From assembly GCA_026023565.1 (NCBI GenBank), contig JAPETS010000062.1, positions 1 through 64,000 of the forward strand: a DNA stretch of 64,000 nucleotides, in the 5' to 3' direction. Numbering within the stretch: position 1 is the first letter of the stretch; every line of letters starts with the position of its first letter. This document shows positions 28,126-38,372 of this stretch, one piece after another. The notes under the pieces are model-generated. The model was not told the DNA's origin. It made no database searches and worked only from the letters and a program-made list of their open reading frames with translations. The position numbers were made by a program, and so were the translations under genes. Source of the stretch: Cirrosporium novae-zelandiae (taxonomy: Eukaryota).

Positions 28126-29957
28126 ATGGGAATCATGTTTACCACCTGGGATCAAAACGGAGATAGAACTCGACGTAGATCTGCTCGATCTAAATATGGC
28201 TGTTTGACCTGCAGGTATGAGCTAGTTCCCGAAAGATGAATCAAGGAGGCTCAATTTACCTTAGACAACGCAAAGTGAAGTGTAACGAGCAAAAACCAAC
28301 ATGTTCACATTGCGAAAGGTTGAATTTGCAATGCATTTGGAAAGATCCGCCTCCAACCAGTTCCAACCGTCGTCGGATCTCCCCAGCCACTTCTCCCCCA
28401 AGACGAAGTGCAGCTCCTGAGCCTGCTGGCCCAGCTCCCTTTAATGAAGTCTTCAATTATGCGAGCTTCATGTGGAATGATGCCAATCGTCCATCGATGC
28501 TATCAAATAACTGGGCCAATCTTGAGACACCTCATCTAATTGACCCATCAATGGCAAACGTGGGGACATGGCTTGCATCCGCTCAAGAGCCATATAGGGG
28601 ACTTCAGAATTACCACATCAACCAGGGACCTGGGGAGCCTGATGAGAACATAATCCGTCACTCCAGTGTTTCCATGACAGTTTCCAGTGGGCTATCAGAG
28701 GGATTGCTGGAAGATAATCAATTACTCGACTTTTTCCTGCAAACAGTATTGCCACCTATTCTAGCCCCTATTGAGACCCAGTCCAGATGGTTGGCACTGC
28801 GTGGTCTTCTCGCTTCCATGTCCACAACCTCTCCGATGGTCCGTTATGCCGTAATGGCCTTTTCTGCCCTTCAGGCACGGGGAACAGAGTCCGAGAGCCC
28901 GACAGATTACCTCCCATTATACGATAGAGCAACCGATGAGCTTGCTACTTTCAAACTTAGAGCTGCTAACAATATTGGCGTGCTTCGGGATGAACTGCAA
29001 TACGTATTGACTACTCTTTTCTTGCTGATATATACCGACCTGGTAACCGGGAGAGTTGGCCTTGCCCATGCAAATCTAAAGGAAGCCCACAATATATTAC
29101 AAAAGGCAGACAAAAGATCACTGACTACGGCCGAGAAGCGTCTGATATCCTGGATCCGATTGGTTGATGCACGTGCCGTTTCTGCTGGAGGTGAAGGCCT
29201 CTTTCTTTCCGATGACGACGAAGGAGTATATGCTCCAGATATAAACGAGTCCTCCCCAAGCAGCATAAATGAAGGGGGATTGGAAAATCGAGATACCGAA
29301 ATCGAAGATATGCTGTTTGATATACTCCACCAGCCTGGAGTTATCTTTTTCCAGCGAATACAGTCTTTCATGGGCCGCATCAGCAAGATTGACCAATGGC
29401 ATCGTAGCAGGGGTACCGTCAAGGATGAGACAGAAGTCATGGATATTGCTGCCAAGATATCCAGTGACTTGGTTCACCTCTATGAACATAGACCAACACT
29501 CATGGACCATGCCGTTGCAGGTAATCTTAACAAGAACCACCTGGCACAGAATTTGGCCTTTACCATATCGAGAAGCTTTCGGACCTACCTCTCAAATTAT
29601 CATGCTAGCTTTATACATCTTCATCGGGTTGCTTATAAACATCTCCCCAGGACGCCGGAGGTGGTGGAAGCTATGAAGACCATTAGATATATGGCGCGAA
29701 TGATGATGGAGGCAGATGGCTCTCTTCCGGTTAACATGCTTTGGCCATTATTGATGTGGGGTGCTGAGGAAGAGGATTTGGACGATAGGATATGGATTAT
29801 TGCTGCAATCCATGGCATGGAGAGTTGCGCAACAAATGCGAAAATTACAGCAGAGGTTCTCGAGGAAGTCCAGAAGAGGCAAGATGGCTCAAAACGAAGA
29901 GTAGACGTGCGACAAGTCATGCATGAAATATTCGATTCATGTTTCGCTATTGTCTAA
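28126..29957 (+). CDS. Zn(II)2Cys6 transcription factor with fungal-specific C-terminal domain
   Basis: Exon 1 ...RSKYGCLTCR, intron 28215-28264, then QRKVKCNEQKPTCSHCERLNLQC (six Cys); LWPLLMWGAE near the C-terminus. Start is ATG 28126 or the in-frame 28135. Confidence 0.92.
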
Positions 29958-29988
29958 TTCCGAAAATCTCATTGACAGCATTTTAGCT

Positions 29989-31124
29989 CTATAATCGAGA
30001 CGCCTTTACAAGTCCTCTTTCAACGCCTTCCGCAGACTTTACCTGAGCGGATATCCAATCCTGCTTCTCCTTACTACTAAATTTGGGGTATGGACGACGG
30101 CAGTGAGAGTTCGCTTCGGGATATCCTAGCATCTTCGCGACAATCCATTTTGTCCCATTGATTCCTCCTTTTGCGAAGCCCCACTCTGCAACCGCAATTT
30201 GTTTTTGCAAAGCCTCAGCCTCTTTCAACTTACCGGAACAGTAGAGGTTATAAAGCTCAACACAGGCCTAGGGATCGTTCATTAGTCATTCCTTGACTTG
30301 ACTCAAGTTAAGCTCACCTTGGGATACAAGTTTGCTACTCCGGTAATGCAACCGGTGCCACCAACAGATAGAGCTGGAATTAGCCAATCACTCTGACCGG
30401 CCAATGCGCAAAACTTATCTGGTGAGAAGGATGCAGAGACCCGAGTCACTTTTGCGATCCCACCACATGTGAGCTTGACTCCTACAATGTTTTTGTGCCG
30501 ACCAAGGATGTCCAACATCTCGGAGCTGACATCTAATCCGGCAACAACTCCTGGAAAATTGTATATCAATATCGGAATCGGGCTTGTATCGGCCAACTAT
30601 GGAATGAAACTTAGCTGGTGGAAATCTAGGTGTTAAAGGGACCTTTACCTCTTGGAAGAATGATATGATGGCCTCTTGATCCATGGCAAAATGAAAGTAA
30701 CTTGGCACCAGAACAAGCGCAAAATCTGCACCCGCATTCTTTGCCTCGATGGTTTGATCAATCACATCCCGGGTGCAGCCGGCTACACATCCCATAACAA
30801 CAGGTATATCTGACCGGCCAAGTTTATGTGCTATGGCCTTTGTTCTTTGGACGAGCCGTATTTTCTCTGCACTTGTTAAAGTGATGGCTTCGCCATTCGT
30901 GCCAGCCAGTACAACTGCCGTCTGTTAGTCTACGGCCAAGCATGGAATTATCGGGCAACGAAATATATCGACTTACTTCCGTGAAGACCAGAGGCGACTA
31001 GGAAGTTGAGATGCTTCTCTTGTACGTCCCAATCGATTTCTTGTCGAGCATCATCTCGGAAAAATGTTAAAGATGGAACATGAATACCTGGTGGAAAGGC
31101 TTTGCTTGATGTACTTGAAATCAT
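29989..31124 (-). CDS. DHDPS/N-acetylneuraminate-lyase family aldolase (keto-deoxy-acid / HOGA-like) with C-terminal PTS1 (SRL)
   Basis: PPGIHVPSLTFF, LAGTNGEA, LVLVPSYF, LIYNFPG (relay Tyr), Schiff-base Lys in NIVGVKLTCG, GGTGCITGVANLYPK; three introns; ends KASRL*. Confidence 0.92.
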
Positions 31125-31806
31125 GTTGTTGTAGTTGACAAATAAAATATTAGCAGATGAGAGAATAGGTTTTTTTTTTTGAATTGAGAGAAAATGATAT
31201 ATCAAACCTTGACAGTTAAACCTTTCGTACAACTAACAACGGTGCCATGCGCACACTTTAATATGAGCCATCTAATCATGGATTTGACTTCTTGGTTGCA
31301 TTTCATTCCAACCTTGGAAATGTGTTCTTCTCATTCGCCATGTCAAAGGACCCTGGACAATCACTTGACATGTCTTCCTCCATGTTTGGTTTTGCCGATG
31401 AGTAGGACAACTAATTTAGTTATTGGTTGAAGATGTGGATCGTTGGAGTTGCATAACTCAATGGGGACATTGCCGAGCTCGTCGGCTCGGCATGTTATTA
31501 TGTTACTAGAGCTTCCGACCTCTAAGCGCCAACGATCGTCTGTTGCACTAAATAATTAATTACTCTGGCGCGCGTCTCTTGACGTTCTCCAACAATCCCT
31601 ACCATTCTATATTCTATCTACCTTCATCTTATGATCAAGCGTGCGACTTGCTACTAATGACTTAATAGTCAAATGACGGAGATTTGCTCAGTATTCATTG
31701 CAAGCTTATCCACGAGTAGCCCCACAGTGACCACTCCAGTGACGCCGACACGATGATGCATCTGCTCGCTATGTAGTGGTATCTAGGTCAAACCTGATTA
31801 ACTCAT

Positions 31807-32819
31807 CTAGAATATGCAGAGAGCATTGGGAGGACTGCTGATCCCACCAGCGACATTTAAAGGCGCACTGGTAAAGAAAAACGACCATCTCTTCAGCTGC
31901 TTACAGGTCTCGGCCAATTTCTCCAGGTCCCATAACTCTCCTATTGGCATGCCCCACATCGAAATCATATATTCATGTAAGCACATACTAGTACCTTCTG
32001 GTGGCCAAGCTTCAAATGCAGTGCTATCACAGGCAACCATGGAGAATTGATGATCCCAAATCCATCGTGCAGTTTCTTCGTTGCCTTCAACACCAATAAA
32101 TTCTTCCTGGCTCGTCCGTATGCTTAGTTTTTCATCTTCAGAAGCTCTTTCGTGCCATTCTACAAGTCCCATGCGGACAATTAGTATATCTCCTGGAAGT
32201 AGCTCCACGTTCTGATAACTCGCCACCATTTCCAACTGACTGATCGAAATCTGGAACCGGCTCACAGGAGAGAAATTGATATTTTGCTCTTCTGCCCATC
32301 CCTTAAAGTCCAACAAGACACCCCGGGTTACAATACCTCCCCGAGAAGACATGTTACCGATGCCATTTCGAGGTGTCTGGGGGTCTTTTAGAATCTCTTC
32401 ATGTGTTAGGCCGTTATAATATTTCTTTGTCTTCTGATGTGCAAAATGTTTGAGACCATCAATCTGTGATCCAGACTGAGGATTAAAATATAACTGGCCA
32501 CAGTCAGTCCTATCATTTTCCCCACAAGAATCAAACTCACCTCATCATCAAAGGAGGCTGTTCCGCTTGGTAACGCATCAATAATCTCAAGTTTTGTGTA
32601 TCGTCTAAAGGATGGTGGATGACGAAGGTTTTGGGTCATTTCCCAATTCATAGCCACACTGATGCCCTTTTGGATTTCATTTTTTGCTGCTAAGACTACC
32701 TCCGATGTTAACAGATTCAATGTACCTAATTGGTCATCAGGGCCCCAGAGACCCCAGGCACAGCCTTTGGGCATGCCCTCGACATGGACCAATTCATCAA
32801 ATTTTGGTAAAGGGGCCAT
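31807..32819 (-). CDS. Putative cyclase / kynurenine-formamidase-like metal hydrolase family protein
   Basis: AWGLWGPDDQLGTLNLLT, FNPQSGSQIDGLKHF, GGIVTRGVLLD, PGDILIVR, WGMPIGELWDLEKLA, SAPLNVAGGISSPPNA; one intron ~32495-32540. Confidence 0.9.
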
Positions 32820-33279
32820 TGATAAAAACCCTGAAGAGACAATTGACAGAATAATTGACAAATTTGACCTAGATACATGCCAAGCCTAAAAAGTAAGTCA
32901 GCTTGAAATATTTGTTTGTGGTTCGAAGCATATAATTATTTGGGATGTACTTCCAACTTTCGTTCAGCTCCGCTCGGACACTGGCTAAAAGCGCGAATCT
33001 ACGTGCTATCAGGGTTGTACTAAAATGCAGCCGATCGGTTACATTTGCTCATTTCAATTAAGCGATAGAACATGCCGACCGGTATCACAGCAAAGTGTGG
33101 GGTCCGGGGTACAGGGGCGGAGAAGCTTCAGGGTTATACTTTAGTCTTTGAAACTTTCTGTCATGGCACATGTTCCTGCCAAGCATGATAGAAAATTCTG
33201 TATAAGTTCCTGGTATCTGTCCGGACCTCCTGAATCGATCTATCAGCTTTGATCAATTGACTGTCTCATCATTGTCAAC

Positions 33280-35708
33280 ATGGAGCTTCAAGGTACTCCA
33301 TTGTGTATAGCTATGACAATTGCTTGTGGCCTATCATACTTGCTTTATGGCTACGATCAAGGTTAGCCTTCCTAGAATATATAACGCGTATGCTAAATGT
33401 CCTTTAGGGTTCATGTCTGGGGTACTCATATCCAAGGACTTTTTGAACAGGATGAATCATCCATCCACATTTATGCAAGGCCTTATGACTTCTATCTACG
33501 AGATAGGCTGTTTCTTTGGCTGCGCTGGAAGTCTGGCCTTTAGTGAAAGGCTCGGACGAAAAAAACCTATAATCATCGGAACTATCCTAGTTATCATTGG
33601 AGCAGTATTACAAACAGCTTCCTTTGAAAGGGTTCAATTCATCATTGGAAGAATCGTGGCAGGCCTTGGCACGGGCCTTAACACTTCCATTGTTCCTTGT
33701 TGGTAGGTTTCGTTGTTTGATATCTTCATGTTCTATGACAGCGGCTGACTTCTTTTGTTGTCGGCAGGCAAGCCGAGACTCTCCCAGCTAAACGGCGTGA
33801 GAGATTCGGTACCATGCAATATCTCCTTGTTTGCGGTGGTGCCAGCACCGCTTACTGGATGAACTATGGATTATCTTATGCTGGCGATGTGCTTGCCTGG
33901 CGATTTCCAATCGCTGCTCAGATGATCTTTGCAGTATTTCTGCTTGTTATTGTGCCCTTCATGCCGGAATCTCCTAGGTGGTTAATGGTGAGAGATCGAC
34001 CTAGTGAAGCTTTGGAAATTATCAAGAAAATGCATGGCACAACCAACACCCAGGACTTTGAGGTTCAGACTGAGGTTAAACTAATCAACCAAGCCATCGA
34101 TCTAGAATCAATTTCAGGTACCAAGGGATGGCTTGATCTCTTCAAGATGAATGATACTCAAAATTTTAGGAGACTCATGCTTGGATGGTGGCTCATGGCA
34201 ATGGTCATGCTTTCTGGGGTTTGCTCCATTGGATATTATATTTCTTACCTGTTTGAAACCAGTGTTGGACTGAGTCATACTCTGTCCTTGCTTTTGTCGG
34301 GATTCAATGGGCTTTGTATGTTTGAACATTTTTCTATTGGTGTTTGCAGACAAGCTAATAATATCAACAGGGTATATGGCCTCTGCATTGATTCCATTCT
34401 TCGTAGTGAAGCGAATCGGTAAACGGTGGTGCCTTATAATTGGGGCATTTGGTATGGGAGTTTGCTTCCTGACAATGGCCTTGACGATTCGAGATGGTGG
34501 ATATGGTGCCTCTATTGTGTGTGTCATTGCTTTCTTCTTGGTATGTAAACCCTCTTTCCTAAATTTAAAGCCACGGGTTGGAATGATGGCGGTACATGAA
34601 TTTGAGTTGTCCTTCATGACGTTAAAAAATTCAACGCATCCGAACTTCCGCGTCTGAACTTTCGCCACCGGGTTTTAAAACGGCAAAAGAAAATCCTACT
34701 CAACGAGCAAAGAAGCAAAAGAGCAAAAGATAAACCTCCCTGTCAGGGAATCGAACCCTGGTCTCCCGCGGCTTGTGCAATGACAAGCGGAAATCATAGC
34801 CACTAGACCAACAAGGACTGTTATTCGTTGAAGGTTGAAGGCCAAAATTCGTATTATATCCGTGATTACCCGAGAGTGCCTGAGCAAATTGAGGAGATTT
34901 TGGCCGAAAAGCCAATCCGGAGCCATGATTTGTGGGGTCAAAATGACAATCTAAGCGAGAAAATAATTAGGCTAATGAAAAGTCGGCCGGAGATTGTCCA
35001 TGGCCGAACGGCAGTGGAAAGCCTATCTCTTTGCCATTGACTGACTAGTGGCTGTTATATTTTAATACCCGCTTTCGATGGCCGCATTTCAAAGTCATGA
35101 AGGACCTCAGAAAACCGCCATCATTCTCAATTGCGCCGTTACGAGATTAACTGAGATTTACTAACTCGCGTATAGTACTACACCTTCTTTGCCCTCGGCT
35201 ACCTGGCAGTGCCATGGCTCTACGTACGTGAAATACTACTACAGGTCCCCTATTTCTTCCATCTAGATTCCATCCATCTAACTATCTTCTCAACCAGTGC
35301 GCAGAAATAATGCCCCTCCACCTCCGCAGCAAAGGCACCGCAATCACAACCTCCTCAAACTGGATCTGGAACTTCGCCACCGTGATGATGACGCCCTCGA
35401 CCATGGGAAACCTCGGCTGGAAGGGTTACCTAATCTTCACCGTCTTCAATTTCTCCTTCATCCCGTTTATATATCTGTTTTATCCTGAGACCAGTGGCCG
35501 TAGGTTGGAGGAGATTGATGCTATTTTCTACAAGACGGGGGCGGTTGTGGCGGGGACGCAGTGGGCGAAGAGGGGACACTTTGAGACGCATGATTTGGAG
35601 GGGGTGTTGATGGGGGAGGGAGAGAGTGAGGGTGGGGGGGATGAGAAGGTGGATGAGAAGGGGGAGGTTGTGGCAGTAGAGCATGTTGTTGAAGCTAAGA
35701 AAGGTTGA
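33280..35708 (+). CDS. MFS sugar porter family transporter (6 exons; intron 4 about 635 nt)
   Basis: LYGYDQG, ERLGRK, GRIVAGLGTG, WRFPIAAQ, PESPRWL, PWLY|CAEIMPLHLRSKG, YPETSGRRLEEIDAIF; long intron 34541-35175 (GTATGT...CTAAC...TAG). Confidence 0.92.
34736..34817 (-). tRNA. tRNA-Asp(GUC): tRNA-Asp (GUC) with 10-nt intron, nested antisense in the transporter intron
   Basis: Reverse complement TCCTTGTTGGTCTAGTGGCTATGATTTCCGCTTGTCA[TTGCACAAGC]CGCGGGAGACCAGGGTTCGATTCCCTGACAGGGAG gives a 72-nt cloverleaf with A and B boxes, intron after position 37 (34771-34780), and downstream T4 runs. Confidence 0.95.
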
Positions 35709-36292
35709 TTGTTGATTTTGATGTTCATATTGATGGGGGAACGGACGGGCCAAGATTGGGTGAGGAGCAATCGAAAAAGTACCGTGTATTAAAGTCCTCT
35801 AGTAGCTGATAACTAGTATAGTAAAAAGATAACTTTCTTATCGTGCATCTAACTAATTCCTCGAGTACTGTAGCCTATCTACCGATAAGCCCCCCCTTCT
35901 AAAGTGCTCCGATGCCGCGGCCCCGGTAATAAATTGCCAAGCAAGTTCACACCATACCAAGCCTTCCAGATAAGGCGTCAGGCCCATGAAATAAAAATCG
36001 TTTCTAAGAAATATCGGTATAGAGATCCGTATATCGGATGTTGGATGGAAGACGGATTCCACCGCCTGCCTTTGTTTTTTGAGCTACTGTGGATAAATTA
36101 TAAATATTATTTATCTAAGTAATATAGCGAGATGATAGCAATGCTAGGCTATGGGCCGACTGCTTGTAGGATGGAATGGATGGGCTTTCATATATTAACC
36201 CCAAGATCTCTCTGTCGGGGCTTGTTTTCTATTTTGTTCACTTCTATTCTCATATCTGTTGCTACTAATTCGAGAACGAACGGGAAAAAAAT

Positions 36293-37547
36293 ATGCGAGC
36301 TGCTTTTACTACTATTCTTACGGGCGTAGTGGCCTTTGCAATAACTATTGTTAATGCCGTACCGGTAAGGAGGATCTTGCTAGACTAAACCGACCGATAC
36401 TTATATTGTGTCTCATTTGTAGGTTAACAGCAAGCTCCATACTGGAACCGCACTTGTTATTATTGATACCCAGAATGATTTTATTACGGGGTCGTTGAAT
36501 AATTCGAGGGCGCCGGCTATTTTGCCGAAGCTGTATCGGTTGCTGGATCAGCATGAGTGGCCATTTGTTGTTGCTTCACAGGGTATATATCATTATTATT
36601 ATTATTATCATGAACCCCCTCATCCCCCCAAAACCCACATAATCCCCCCTATCCAACCAACCATCTAACCACCTCCCCTCCCTTCTCTAGACTGGCACCC
36701 CCCAGGCCACGTCTCCTTCGCCTCCGCCCACGCCAACAAATCCGCCGGCTCAACCATAACAATCGACTTCGTCGACACCCAGAAGAAACTAGAAATCCAA
36801 AGCCTGACCGCCGATCACTGCATCCCGGAAACCTGGGGATCGGAAATCGAAGCCGGAGTGCAGTCGAGATTGCATACGCTGGAGGGGTTTTATACGACGG
36901 TTAATTATATCAAGAAGGCGCAGGATCATCGGGTTGATTCTTATAGTGCGTTTGCTGATGTAGGTGTTTTGTGGGGTTGGGAGATGGATGATGGGGCTGA
37001 TTTTAGTTTTTTGTTGGGAGTTTTAGAATCAATATCATCGGTTTACGACCCTGGATTCGGAGTTGAAGTTGCATGGGATTAGCAAGTTGGTTGTTACTGG
37101 GTAAGTAAGTTGGGGAGTTCACTCCTCCAGGGGATTGGGGGGGGGGTGTATTTGAGGATTACTGATTACTGATCATAATCATGATGCTGGTTCTTTCTAG
37201 CCTCGTAACCAGCGCCTGTGTCCGTGGAACCGCCATCGACGGAACAAAACTCGGATACGAAGTTACTCTCATTGAGGACGCGACCGAAGCTACCTCAGCC
37301 GAGGCGAAAGAAACTGCAATTGTGGAGTTGAGGGATACATGGGGTACGTGAGTGAGATTGACACTATCAATCATCAATCATCCCTTTTTATATATAACTA
37401 ATACTATCTATCTATCTATCTATTTGGAGTCTCTGGGGGCTAATATGGATTGTATTTGGACTAGGTGTTGATGTCATTCCGCTGGCGACTTGGGAAGCGG
37501 AGAATACCCCGGTTGTGTCGAGGATGAGGAGGAGGGTTCGTGACTAA
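36293..37547 (+). CDS. Nicotinamidase/pyrazinamidase-like cysteine hydrolase (isochorismatase superfamily) with N-terminal signal peptide, 6 exons
   Basis: Spliced: MRAAFTTILTGVVAFAITIVNAVP|VNSKLHTGTALVIIDTQNDFITGSL...VVASQ|DWHPPGHVSFAS...DHCIPETWG...YIKKAQDHRVDSYSAFAD|NQY...VVTG|LVTSACVRGTAIDG...|...RVRD*. Asp/Lys/Cys triad and D-x-H...H metal ligands present; all introns GT-AG. Confidence 0.88.
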
Positions 37548-38372
37548 GGCGTGAATGCTTCGCTTGTTTGTTATTAGAAGGTTAGATGTGGTGTGGTGTG
37601 TAGCTGAGAGGAACTGGAAAAGCGAATATATATACGCCGACTGATGGTAGTTAATGAATACGTGACTATGATGGGAATATCTCTGAAAGAATCGAGGGAT
37701 ATATATAAATATTTGTAATCAATAGTGCCTGAGGGTGAAACTTGAAATTTGGTGGAAAGATATGTGGAGGGAAGTCAAGGTAGGTAACTTATACATAAAA
37801 CAGTTGCTCCATTTCGGTTTGTCGAAGTGGCTGGGGTTGGCTTATGAAGAAGAGGGGGTGGATTGGATAGCAGGGATTAGTGGCATAGTAAATATGAAGA
37901 GACTGAGCTGCCGAGTCGTACAAAGAGAGTAATTTCGGGCTGAGGCTGGAAACAAATGCTTGATTCGTTTGATCATGCAGCATCATAGGGCGGCATACAC
38001 AGGACGCTATACTATAATGGTCATCCGTTTATTGCTCTACCTATACTTGGCTATATATTGAACATTTATGGCGTATTTAATACGACAGGAGAGGGCAATC
38101 ATGGTCACACAAGTCTAGGCAATATCCAGTCATGGATTGATAATACAGCTTGGCAATGATTATCCATGAGACGTGTTGCACAAGCATTAGTCTACAAGTG
38201 TCATAGACAGCTATAGGGCGCGTCGCAGCCCTTGAGACGAGGCTGAGGTGAATGTTGTGCGGGGCTGTCCTCATATTCCTAGCACAGCCTATACCAGATA
38301 ATATCTTTCTAAAACTATTACAACAACGCTTCCACTTCTGCATTTGCAACAATACCTTAGACTTAGGACATA

